From Eledone cirrhosa (Eukaryota): a stretch of 64,000 nt of DNA. Below are positions 23,701-38,700 of the stretch, piece by piece. Numbering within the stretch: the stretch's first letter is position 1; every line of letters begins with the position of its first letter. Where the stretch lies: positions 8,370,001 through 8,434,000 of the forward strand of contig OZ024756.1 of the NCBI GenBank assembly GCA_964016885.1. The letters are read 5' to 3'. A model generated the notes under the pieces. That model was given only the letters and a program-made list of their open reading frames with translations, was not told the origin of the DNA and ran no database searches. Both the position numbers and the translations under genes were made by a program.

Positions 23701-26700
23701 CCATAACACCTCACCTGTCCTTACTGATGGTGCCATAACACCTCACCTCTCTTTACTGATGGTACCATAACACCTCACCTGTCCTTACTGATGGTACCAT
23801 AACACCTCACCTGTCCTTACTATTGGTGCCATAACACCTCACCTGCCCTTACTGATGGTACCATAACACCTCACCTGTCCTTACTGATGGTGCCATAACT
23901 CCTCACCTGTCCTTACTAATGGTGCCATAATACCTCACGTGTCCTTACTGATGGTGCCATGACAACTAACCTGTCCTTACTATTGGTGCCATAACACCTC
24001 ACCTGTCTTTACTGATGGTACCATAACACCTCACCTGTCCTTACTGATGGTACCATAACACCTCACCTGTCCTTACTATTGGTACCATAACACCTACCTG
24101 TCCTTACTATTGGTGCCATAACACCTCACCTGTCCTTACTGATGTTGCCATAACACCTCACCTGTCCTTACTGATGATGCCATAATACCTCACGTGTCCT
24201 TACTGATGGTGCCATGACAACTAACCTGTCCTTACTATTGGTGCCATAACACCTCACCTGTCTTTACTGATGGTACCATAACACCTCACCTGTCCTTACT
24301 GATGGTACCATAACACCTCACCTGTCCTTACTATTGGTACCATAACACCTACCTGTCCTTACTATTGGTGCCATAACACCTCACCTGTCCTTACTGATGA
24401 TGCCATAACACCTCACCTGTCCTTACTGATGGTACCATAACACCTCACCTGTCCTTACTATTGGTGCCATAACACCTCACCTATCCTTACTAATGGTGCC
24501 ATAACACCTCACCTGTCCTTACAGATGGTGCCATAACACCTCACCTGTCCTTACTGATGGTGCCATAATATCTCACCTGTCCTTACTGATGGTACCATAA
24601 CACCTCACCTATCCTTACTATTGGTACCATAACACCTACCTGTCCTTACTATTGGTGCCATAACACCTCACCTGTCCTTACTGATGTTGCCATAACACCT
24701 CACCTGTCCTTACTGATGATGCCATAACACCTCACCTGTCCTTACTGATGGTACCATAACACCTCACCTGTCCTTACTATTGGTGCCATAACACCTCACC
24801 TATCCTTACTAATGGTGCCATAACACCTCACCTGTCCTTACAGATGGTGCCATAACACCTCACCTGTCCTTACTGATGGTGCCATAATATCTCACCTGTC
24901 CTTACTGATGGTACCATAACACCTCACCTATCCTTACTATTGGTACCATAACACCTACCTGTCCTTACTATTGGTGCCATAACACCTCACCTGTCCTTAC
25001 TGATGTTGCCATAACACCTCACCTGTCCTTACTGATGATGCCATAACACCTCACCTGTCCTTACTGATGGTACGATAACACCTCACCTGTCCTTACTATT
25101 GGTGCCATAACACCTCACCTGTCCTTACTGATGGTGCCATAACACCTCACCTGTCCTTACTAATGGTGCCATAACAACTCACCTGTCCTTACCGATGGTA
25201 CCATAACACCACACCTATCCTTACTATTGGTACCATAACACCTCACCTGTCCTTACTAATGGTGCCATAACACCTCACCTGTCCTTACAGATGGTGCCAT
25301 AACACCTCACCTGTCCTTACTAATGGTGCCATAACAACTCACCTGTCCTTACCGATGGTACCATAACACCACACCTATCCTTACTATTGGTACCATAACA
25401 CCTCACCTGTCCTTACTAATGGTGCCATAACACCTCACCTGTCCTTACTGATGTTGCCATAACACCTCACCTGTCCCTACTGATGGTCCCATAAAACCTC
25501 ACCTGTGCTTGCTGATGGTGCCATAACACCTCACCTGTCCTTACTAATGGTACCATAACACCACACCTATCCTTACTATTGGTACCATAACACCTCACCT
25601 GTCCTTACTAATGGTGCCATAACACCTCAGCTGTCCTTACTGATGTTGCCATGACACCTCACCTGTCCTTACTAATGGTGCCATAAAAGCTCACCTGTCC
25701 TTACTGATGGTACCATAACACCTCACCTGTCCTTACTGATGATGCCATAACACCACACCTGTCCTTACTGATGGTACCATAACATCTCACCTGTCCTTCC
25801 TGATGGGGCCATAACACCTCACCTGTCCTTACTGATGGTGCCATAACACCTCACCTTCCCTTACTAATGATGCCATAACAACTCACCTGTCCTTACTGAT
25901 GGTGCCATAACACCTCACCTGTCTTTACTATTGGTGCATTAACACCTCACCTGTCCTTACTGATGGTGCCATAACACCTCACCTTCCCTTACTAATGATG
26001 CCATAACACATCACCTGTCCTTACTAATGGTGCCATAACACCTCACCTGTCCTTACTGATGGTGCAATAACAACCCACCTGTCCTTACTAATGGTGTCAT
26101 AACACATTACTTCTCCTTACTGATGGTGCCATAATACCTCATCTGTCCTTACTGATGGTGCCATACCACCTCACCTGTCCTTACTAATGGTGCCATAACA
26201 ACTCACCTGTCCTTACTGATGATGCAATAACAACTCACCTGTCCTTACTGATGATGCCAGAACAACTCACCTGTCCTTACTGATGATGCCATAACACCAC
26301 ACCTGTCATTACTGGTGGTGGAATAACAACTCACCTGTCCTTACAGATGATGCCATAACACCACACCTCTCCTTACTGATGGTACCATAACACCTCACCT
26401 GTCCTTACTGATGGTGCCATAACACCTCACCTGTCCTTACTAATGATGCCATAACAACTCACCTGTCCTTACTGATGGTACCATAAAACCTCACCTGTCC
26501 TGACTAATGGTGCATTAACAACTCACCTGTCCTTACTGATGATGCAATAACAACTCACCTGTCCTTACTGATGGTGCCATAACACCTCACCTGTCCTTAC
26601 TGATGGTGCCATAACACCTCACCTGTCGTTACTAATGGTGCATTAACAACTTACATGTGTTTACTGATTGCGCCATAACACCTTACCTGTCCTTACTGAT

Positions 26701-29700
26701 TCTGCTATAAAAACTCACCTGTCCTTACTGATAGTACCATAATACCTCACCTGTCCTTACTAATGATGCTATAACACCTCACCTGTCTTTACTGATGGTA
26801 CCATAACACCTCACGTGTCCTTACTAATGGTGCATTAACAACTCACCTGTCCTTACTGATGATGCCAGAACAACTCACCTATCCTTACTGATGATGCAAT
26901 AACACCACACCTGTCCTTACTGACGATGCCATACACCACACCTGTCCTTACTGATGGTACCATAACACCTCACCTGTCCTTACTGATGGTGCCATAACAC
27001 CACACCTGCCCTTAATAATGATGCCATAACACCTCACCTGTCCTTACTAATGGTGCATTAACAACTCACCTGTCCTTACTGATAATGTAATAACACCACC
27101 TTTCCTTACTGATGGTGCCATAACACCTCACCTGTCCTTACTGATGGTGCCATAACACCTCACCTGTCCTTACTGATGGTGCCATAACAACTCGCCAGTC
27201 CTTACTAATGGTGCATTAACAACTCACCTGTCCTTACTGATGATGCAATAACAACTCACCTGTCCTTACTGATGGTACCATAACACCTCACCTGTGCTTA
27301 CTGATGGTACCATAACACCTCACCTGTCCTTACTGATGATGACATAACAGCACACCTGTCCTTACTGATGGTGCAATAACAACTCACCTGTCCTTACTAA
27401 TGGTGTCATAACACATTACCTCTCCTTACTGATGGTGCCATTACACCTCACCTGTGCTTACTAATGGTGCCATAACACCTCACCTGTCCTTAATAACGAT
27501 GCCATAACAACTCACCTGTCCTTACTGATGGTACTATAACACCTCACCTGTCCTTACTAATGGTGCCATAACACCTCACCTGTCCTTATTGATGGTACCA
27601 TAACACCTCACCTGTCCTTACTGATGGTGCCATAACACCTCACCTGTCCTTACTGATGCTGCCATAACACCTCACCTCTCCTTGCTGATGGTGTCATAAC
27701 ACATTACCTCTACTTACTGATGGTGCCATAACACCACACCTGTCCTTACTGATGGTGCCATAACACCTCACCTGTCCTTACTAATGGTGCCATAAAAGCT
27801 CACCTTTCCTTACTGATGGAACCACAACACCTCACCTGTCCTTTCTGATGGTACATTAACAACTCACCTGTCCTTACTGATGATGCCATAACACCTCACC
27901 TGTTGTTACTAATGGTGCCATAACACCTCATCTGTCATTTCTGATGGTACCATAACACCTCACCTGTCCTTACTGATGGTGCAATAACACCTCACCTGTC
28001 CTTATTGATGGTGCCATAACACCTCACCTGTCCTTACAAATGGTGCCATAACACCTCACCTGTCCTTACTGATGGTGCCATAACACCTCACCTGTCCTTA
28101 CTGATGGTCCCATAACACCTCACCTGTCTTTGCTGATGGTGCCATAACAACTCAGCTGTCCTTACTGATGGTACCATGACACCTCACCTGTCCTTACTGA
28201 TGGTGCCATAACAACTCAGCTGTCCTTACTGATGGTACCATGACACCTCACCTGTCCTTACTAATGGTGCCATAACAACTCACCTGTCCTTACTAATGGT
28301 GCATTAACAACTCACCTGTCCTTACTGATGATGCAATAACAACTCACCTGTCCTTACTGATGATGCCAGAACAACTCACCTGTCCTTACTGATGATGCCA
28401 TAACACCACACCTGTCATTACTGGTGGTGGAATAACAACTCACCTGTCCTTACAGATGATGCCATAACACCACACCTCTCCTTACTGATGGTACCATAAC
28501 ACCTCACCTGTCCTTACTGATGGTGCCATAACACCTCACCTGTCCTTACTAATGATGCCATAACAACTCACCTGTCCTTACTGATGGTACCATAAAACCT
28601 CACCTGTCCTGACTAATGGTGCATTAACAACTCACCTGTCCTTACTGATGATGCAATAACAACTCACCTGTCCTTACTGATGGTGCCATAACACCTCACC
28701 TGTCGTTACTAATGGTGCATTAACAACTTACATGTGTTTACTGATTGCGCCATAACACCTTACCTGTCCTTACTGATTCTGCTATAAAAACTCACCTGTC
28801 CTTACTGATAGTACCATAATACCTCACCTGTCCTTACTAATGATGCTATAACACCTCACCTGTCTTTACTGATGGTACCATAACACCTCACGTGTCCTTA
28901 CTAATGGTGCATTAACAACTCACCTGTCCTTACTGATGATGCCAGAACAACTCACCTATCCTTACTGATGATGCAATAACACCACACCTGTCCTTACTGA
29001 CGATGCCATACACCACACCTGTCCTTACTGATGGTACCATAACACCTCACCTGTCCTTACTGATGGTGCCATAACACCACACCTGCCCTTAATAATGATG
29101 CCATAACACCTCACCTGTCCTTACTAATGGTGCATTAACAACTCACCTGTCCTTACTGATAATGCAATAACACCACCTTTCCTTACTGATGGTGCCATAA
29201 CACCTCACCTGTCCTTACTGATGGTGCCATAACACCTCACCTGTCCTTACTGATGGTGCCATAACAACTCGCCAGTCCTTACTAATGGTGCATTAACAAC
29301 TCACCTGTCCTTACTGATGATGCAATAACAACTCACCTGTCCTTACTGATGGTACCATAACACCTCACCTGTGCTTACTGATGGTACCATAACACCTCAC
29401 CTGTCCTTACTGATGATGACATAACAGCACACCTGTCCTTACTGATGGTGCAATAACAACTCACCTGTCCTTACTAATGGTGTCATAACACATTACCTCT
29501 CCTTACTGATGGTGCCATTACACCTCACCTGTGCTTACTAATGGTGCCATAACACCTCACCTGTCCTTAATAACGATGCCATAACAACTCACCTGTCCTT
29601 ACTGATGGTACTATAACACCTCACCTGTCCTTACTAATGGTGCCATAACACCTCACCTGTCCTTATTGATGGTACCATAACACCTCACCTGTCCTTACTG

Positions 29701-32700
29701 ATGGTGCCATAACACCTCACCTGTCCTTACTGATGCTGCCATAACACCTCACCTGTCCTTACTAATGGTGCCATAAAAGCTCACCTTTCCTTACTGATGG
29801 AACAACAACACCTCACCTGTCCTTACTGATGATGCCATAACACCACACCTGTCCTTACTGATGGTACCATAACACCTCACCTGTCCTTACTGATGGTGCC
29901 ATAACACCTCACCTGTCCTTACTAATGGTACATTAACAACTCACCTGTCATTTCTGATGGTACCATAACAGCTCACCTGTCCTTACTAATAGTGCCATAA
30001 CACCTCACCTGTCCTTACTGATGGTACCATAACACCTCACCTGTCCTTACTGATGATGCCATAACACCTCACCTGTTGTTACTAATGGTGCCATAACACC
30101 TCATCTGTCATTTCTGATGGTACCATAACAGCTCACCTGTCCTTACTAATAGTGCCATAACACCTCACCTGTCCTTACTGATGGTACCATAACACCTCAC
30201 CTGTCCTTACTGATGGTGCAATAACACCTCACCTGTCCTTATTGATGGTGCCATAACACCTCACCTGTCCTTACAAATGGTGCCATAACACCTCACCTGT
30301 CTTTGCTGATGGTGCCATGACACCTCACCTGTCCTTACTGATGGTGCCATAACACCTCACCTGTCTTTGCTGATGGTGCCATGACACCTCACCTGTCCTT
30401 ACTGATGGTGCCATAACAACTCACCTGTCCTTACTGATGGTCCCATAACACCTCACCTGTCTTTGCTGATGGTGCCATGACACCTCACCTGTCCTTACTG
30501 ATGGTGCCATAACACCTCACCTGTCCTTACTGATGGTCCCATAACACCTCACCTGTCTTTGCTGATGGTGCCATGACACCTCACCTGTCCTTACTGATGG
30601 TGCCATAACAACTCAGCTGTCCTTACTGATGGTACCATGACACCTCACCTGTCCTTACTAATGGTGCCATAACAACTCACCTGTCCTTACTAATGGTGCA
30701 TTAACAACTCACCTGTCCTTACTGATGATGCAATAACAACTCACCTGTCCTTACTGATGATGCCAGAACAACTCACCTGTCCTTACTGATGATGCCATAA
30801 CACCACACCTGTCATTACTGGTGGTGGAATAACAACTCACCTGTCCTTACAGATGATGCCATAACACCACACCTCTCCTTACTGATGGTACCATAACACC
30901 TCACCTGTCCTTACTGATGGTGCCATAACACCTCACCTGTCCTTACTAATGATGCCATAACAACTCACCTGTCCTTACTGATGGTACCATAAAACCTCAC
31001 CTGTCCTGACTAATGGTGCATTAACAACTCACCTGTCCTTACTGATGATGCAATAACAACTCACCTGTCCTTACTGATGGTGCCATAACACCTCACCTGT
31101 CCTTACTGATGGTGCCATAACACCTCACCTGTCGTTACTAATGGTGCATTAACAACTTACATGTGTTTACTGATTGCGCCATAACACCTTACCTGTCCTT
31201 ACTGATTCTGCTATAAAAACTCACCTGTCCTTACTGATAGTACCATAATACCTCACCTGTCCTTACTAATGATGCTATAACACCTCACCTGTCTTTACTG
31301 ATGGTACCATAACACCTCACGTGTCCTTACTAATGGTGCATTAACAACTCACCTGTCCTTACTGATGATGCCAGAACAACTCACCTATCCTTACTGATGA
31401 TGCCATAACACCACACCTGTCCTTACTGACGATGCCATACAACACACCTGTCCTTACTGATGGTACCATAACACCTCACCTGTCCTTACTGATGGTGCCA
31501 TAACACCACACCTGCCCTTAATAATGATGCCATAACACCTCACCTGTCCTTACTAATGGTGCATTAACAACTCACCTGTCCTTACTGATAATGCAATAAC
31601 ACCACCTTTCCTTACTGATGGTGCCATAACACCTCACCTGTCCTTACTGATGGTGCCATAACACCTCACCTGTCCTTACTGATGGTGCCATAACAACTCG
31701 CCAGTCCTTACTAATGGTGCATTAACAACTCACCTGTCCTTACTGATGATGCAATAACAACTCACCTGTCCTTACTGATGGTACCATAACACCTCACCTG
31801 TGCTTACTGATGGTACCATAACACCTCACCTGTCCTTACTGATGATGACATAACAGCACACCTGTCCTTACTGATGGTACCAAAACACCTCACCTGTCCT
31901 TGCTGATGGTGCCATAACACCTCACCTGTCCTTACTAATGGTGCATTAACAACTCACCTGTCCTTACTGATGATGCCATAACACCTCACCTGTCCTTACT
32001 AATGGTGCCATAACACCTCACCTGTCCTTACTGATGGTGCAATAACAACTCACCTTCCTTACTAATGGTGTCATAACACATTACCTCTCCTTACTGATGG
32101 TGCCATAACACCTCACCTGTCCTTACTAATGGTGCCATAACACCTCACCTGTCCATACTGAGGGTACCATAACACCTCACCTGTCCTTACTGATCGTGCC
32201 ATAACACCTCACCTGTCCTTACTGATGGGCTCATATCACCTCACCTGTCTTTGCTGATGGTGCCATGACACCTCACCTGTCCTTACTAATGGTGCCATAA
32301 CACCTCACCTGTCCTTACTAATGGTGCCATAACACCTCACCTGTCCTTACTGATGGTGCCATAACAACTCAGCTGTCCTTACTGATGGTGCCATGAAACC
32401 TCACCTGTCCTTATTAATGGTGCCATAACACCTCACGTGTCCTTACTAATGGTGCATTAACAACTCACCTGTCCTTACTGATGATGCCAGAACAACTCAC
32501 CTATCCTTACTGATGATGCCATAACACCACACCTGTCCTTACTGACGATGCCATAACACCTCACCTGTCCTTACTGATGGTGCCATAACACCACACCTGC
32601 CCTTAATAATGATGCCATAACAACTCACCTGTCCTTACTGATGGTGCCATAACACCTCACCTGTCCTTACTAATGGTGCATTAACAACTCACCTGTCCTT

Positions 32701-35700
32701 ACTGATAATGCAATAACACCTCACCTTTCCTTACTGATGGTGCCATAACACCTCACCTGTCCTTACTGATGGTGCCATAACACCTCACCTGTCCTTACTG
32801 ATGGTGCCATAACAACTCGCCAGTCCTTACTAATGGTGCATTAACAACTCACCTATCCTTACTGATGATGCAATAACACCTCACTTGTCCTTACTATTGG
32901 TGCCATAACACCTCACCTGTCCTTACTGATGGTACCATAACACCTCACCTGTCCTTACTATTGGTGCCATAACACCACACCTGTCCTTACTGATGGTACC
33001 ATAACACCTCCCCTGTCCTTACTATTGGTGCCATAACACCTCACCTGCCCTTACTGATGGTCCCATAACACCTCACCTGTCCTTGCTGATGGTGCCATGA
33101 CACCTCACCTGTCCTTACTAATGGTGCCATAATACCTCACCTGTCCTTACTGATGGTGCCATAACAACTCACCTGTCCTTACTAATGGTGTCATAACACC
33201 TCACATGTCCTTACTATTTGTGCCATAACACCTCACCTGTCCTTACTGATGGTGCCATAACAACTAATCTGTCCTTACTGATGGTGCCATAGCACCTCAC
33301 CTGTCCTTACTGATGGTGCCATAACACCTCACCTGTCCTTACTGATGGTGCCATAACACCTCACCTGTCCTTACTGATGGTGCCATAACAACTCACCCAT
33401 CCTTACTAATGGTGCCATAAGACCTCACCTGTCCTTACTGATGGTGCCATAACACCTCACCTGTCCTTACAATTGGTGCCATAACACCTCACCTGTCCTT
33501 ACTGATGATGCCATAACACCACACCTGTCCTTACTGATGGTACCATAACACCTCACCTGTCCTTACAGATGGTGCCATAACACCTCACCTCTCCTTACTG
33601 ATGGTGCCATAACACCTCACCTGTCCTTACTAATGGTGCCATAACACCTCACCTGTCCTTACTGATGGTGCCATAATACCTCACCTGTCCTTACTGATGG
33701 TGCCATAACAACTCACCTGTCCTTACTAATGGTGTCATAACACCTCACATGTCCTTACTATTTGTGCCATAACACCTCACCTGTCCTTACTAATGGTGCC
33801 ATAATACCTCACCTGTCCTTACTGATGGTCCCATAACACCTCACCTGTCCTTGCTGATGGTGCCATGACACCTCACCTGTCCTTACTAATGGTGCCATAA
33901 TACCTCACCTGTCCTTACTGATGGTGCCATAACAACTCACCTGTCCTTACTAATGGTGTCATAACACCTCACATGTCCTTACTATTTGTGCCATAACACC
34001 TCACCTGTCCTTACTGATGGTGCCATAACAACTAATCTGTCCTTACTGATGGTGCCATAGCACCTCACCTGTCCTTACTGATGGTGCCATAACACCTCAC
34101 CTGTCCTTACTGATGGTGCCATAACACCTCACCTGTCCTTACAATTGGTGCCATAACACCTCACCTGTCCTTACTGATGATGCCATAACATCACACCTGT
34201 CCTTACTGATGGTACCATAACACCTCACCTGTCCTTACTGATGGTGCCATAACACCTCACCTCTCCTTACTCATGGTGCCATAACACCTCACCTGTCCTT
34301 ACTGATGGTGCCATAACAACTCGCCAGTCCTTACTAATGGTGCATTAACAACTCACCTGTCCTTACTGATGATGCAATAACAACTCACCTGTCCTTACTG
34401 ATGGTACCATAACACCTCACCTGTGCTTACTGATGGTACCATAACACCTCACCTGTCCTTACTGATGATGACATAACAGCACACCTGTCCTTGCTGATGG
34501 TGCCATAACACCTCACCTGTCCTTACTAATGGTGCATTAACAACTCACCTGTCCTTACTGATGATGCCATAACACCTCACCTGTCCTTACTAATGGTGCC
34601 ATAACACCTCACCTGTCCTTTCTGAGGGAACCATAACACCTCACCTGTCCTTACTGATCGTACCATAACACCTCACCTGTCCTTACTGATGGGCTCATAT
34701 CACCTCACCTGTCTTTGCTGATGGTGCCATGATACCTCACCTGTCCTTACTAATGGTGCCATAACATGTCACCTGTCCTTACTAATGGTGCCATAACACC
34801 TCACCTGTCCTTACTGATCGTGCCATAACACCTCACCTGTCCTTGCTGATGGGCTCATATCACCTCACCTGTCTTTGCTGATGGTGCCATGACACCTCAC
34901 CTGTCCTTAATAATGGTGCCATAACACCTCACCTGTCCTTACTAATGGTGCCATAACACCTCACCAGTCCTTACTGATGGTGCCATAACAACTCAGCTGT
35001 CCTTACTGATGGTGCCATGAAACCTCACGTGTGCTTACTAATGGTGCATTAACAACTCACCTGTCCTTACTGATGATGCCAGAACAACTCACCTATCCTT
35101 ACTGATTATGCCATAACACCACACCTGTCCTTACTGACGATGCCATAACACCACACCTGTCCTTACTGATGGTACCATAACACCTCACCTGTCCTTACTG
35201 ATGGTGCCATAACACCACACCTGCCCTTAATAATGATGCCATAACAACTCACCTGTCCTTTCTGATGGTGCCATAACACCTCACCTGTCCTTACTAATGG
35301 TGCATTAACAACTCACCTGTCCTTACTGATAATGCAATAACACCTCACCTTTCCTTACTGATGGTGCCATAACACCTCACCTGTCCTTACTGATGGTGCC
35401 ATAACACCTCACCTGTCCTTACTGATGGTGCCATAACAACTCGCCAGTCCTTACTAATGGTGCATTAACAACTCACCTGTCCTTACTGATGATGCAATAA
35501 CAACTCACCTGTCCTTACTGATGGTACCATAACACCTCACCTGTGCTTACTGATGGTACCATAACACCTCACCTGTCCTTACTGATGATGACATAACAGC
35601 ACACCTGTCCTTACTGATGGTACCAAAACACCTCACCTGTCCTTGCTGATGGTGTCATAACACATTACCTCTCCTTACTGATGGTGCCATAACACCTCAC

Positions 35701-38700
35701 CTGTCCTTACTAATGGTGCCATAACACCTCACCTGTCCTTACTGAGGGTACCATAACACCTCACCTGTCCTTACTGATCGTGCCATAACACCTCACATGT
35801 CCTTACTGATGGGCTCATATCACCTCACCTGTCTTTGCTGATGGTGCAATGACACCTCACCTGTCCTTACTAATGGTGCCATAACACCTCACCTGTCCTT
35901 ACTAATGGTGCCATAACACCTCACCTGTCCTTACTGATGGTGCCATAACAACTCAGCTGTCCTTACTGATGGTGCCATGAAACCTCACCTGTCCTTATTA
36001 ATGGTGCCATAACACCTCACGTGTCCTTACTAATGGTGCATTAACAACTCACCTGTCCTTACTGATGATGCCAGAACAACTCACCTATCCTTACTGATGA
36101 TGCCATAACACCACACGTGTCCTTACTGACGATGCCATAACACCACACCTGTCCTTACTGATGGTACCATAACACCTCACCTGTCCTTACTGATGGTGCC
36201 ATAACACCACACCTGCCCTTAATAATGATGCCATAACACCTCACCTGTCCTTACTAATGGTGCATTAACAACTCACCTGTCCTTACTGATAATGCAATAA
36301 CACCTCACCTTTCCTTACTGATAGTGCCATAACACCTCACCTGTCCTTACTGATGGTGCCATAACACCTCACCTGTCCTTACTGATGGTACCATAACACC
36401 TTACCTGTCCTTACTATTGGTGCCATAACACCTCACTTGTCCTTAATATTGGTGCCATAACACCTCACCTGTCCTTACTGATGGTACCATAACACCTCAC
36501 CTGTCCTTACTATTGGTGCCATAACACCACACCTGTCCTTACTGATGGTACCATAACACCTCACCTGTCCTTAGTATTGGTGCCATAACACCTCACCTGC
36601 CCTTACTGATGGTCCCAAAACACCTCACCTGTCCTTACTAATGGTGCCATAAAAGCTCACCTTTCCTTACTGATGGTGCCATAATACCTCACCTGTCCTT
36701 ACTGATGGTGCCATAACAACTCACCTGTCCTTACTAATGGTGTCATAACACCTCACATGTCCTTACTATTTGTGCCATAACACCTCACCTGTCCTTACTG
36801 ATGGTGCCATAACAACTAATCTGTCCTTACTGATGGTGCCATAGCACCTCACCTGTCCTTACTGATGGTGCCATAACACCTCACCTGTCCTTACTGATGG
36901 TGCCATAACACCTCACCTGTCCTTACTGATGGTGCCATAACACCTCACCTGTCCTTACTGATGTTGCCATAACACCTCACCTGTCCTTACTGATGATGCC
37001 ATAACACCTCACCTGTCCTTACTGATGGTACCATAACACCTCACCTGTCCTTACTAATGGTGCCATAACACCTCACATGTCCTTACTAATGGTGCCATAA
37101 CAACTCACCTGTCCTTACCGATGGTGCCATAATATCTCACCTGTCCTTACTGATGGTACCATAACACCTCACCTATCCTTACTATTGGTACCATAACACC
37201 TCACCTGTCCTTACTAATGGTGCCATAACACCTCACCTGTCCTTACAGATGGTGCCATAACACCTCACCTGTCCTTACTGATGGTGCCATAATATCTCAC
37301 CTGTCCTTACTGATGGTACCATAACACCTCACCTATCCTTACTATTGGTACCATAACACCTCACCTGTCCTTACTAATGGTGCCATAACACCTCACCTGT
37401 CCTTACAGATGGTGCCATAACACCTCACCTGTCCTTACTAATGGTGCCATAACAACTCACCTGTCCTTACCGATGGTACCATAACACCACACCTATCCTT
37501 ACTAATGGTGCCATAACACCTCAGCTGTCCTTACTGATGTTGCCATAACACCTCACCTGTCCCTACTGATGGTCCCATAAAACCTCACCTGTGCTTGCTG
37601 ATGGTGCCATGACACCTCACCTGTCCTTACTAATGGTGCCATAAAAGCTCACCTGTCCTTACTGATGGTACCATAACACCTCACCTGTCCTTACTGATTA
37701 TGCCATAACACCACACCTGTCCTTACTGATGGTACCATAACATCTCACCTGTCCTTCCTGATGGGGCCATAACACCTCACCTGTCCTTACTGATGGTGCC
37801 ATAACACCTCACCTTCCCTTACTAATGATGCCATAACAACTCACCTGTCCTTACTGATGGTGCCATAACACCTCACCTGTCTTTACTATTGGTGCATTAA
37901 CACCTCACCTGTCCTTACTGATGGTGCCATAACACCTCACCTTCCCTTACTAATGATGCCATAACACATCACCTGTCCTTACTAATGGTGCCATAACACC
38001 TCACCTGTCCTTACTGATGGTGCAATAACAACCCACCTGTCCTTACTAATGGTGTCATAACACATTACTTCTCCTTACTGATGGTGCCATAATACCTCAT
38101 CTGTCCTTACTGATGGTGCCATACCACCTCGCCTGTCCTTACTAATGGTGCCATAACAACTCACCTGTCCTTACTGATGATGCAATAACAACTCACCTGT
38201 CCTTACTGATGATGCCAGAACAACTCACCTGTCCTTACTGATGATGCCATAACACCACACCTGTCATTACTGGTGGTGGAATAACAACTCACCTGTCCTT
38301 ACAGATGATGCCATAACACCACACCTCTCCTTACTGATGGTACCATAACACCTCACCTGTCCTTACTGATGGTGCCATAACACCTCACCTGTCCTTACTA
38401 ATGATGCCATAACAACTCACCTGTCCTTACTGATGGTACCATAAAACCTCACCTGTCCTGACTAATGGTGCATTAACAACTCACCTGTCCTTACTGATGA
38501 TGCAATAACAACTCACCTGTCCTTACTGATGGTGCCATAACACCTCACCTGTCCTTACTGATGGTGCCATAACACCTCACCTGTCGTTACTAATGGTGCA
38601 TTAACAACTTACATGTGTTTACTGATTGCGCCATAACACCTTACCTGTCCTTACTGATTCTGCTATAAAAACTCACCTGTCCTTACTGATAGTACCATAA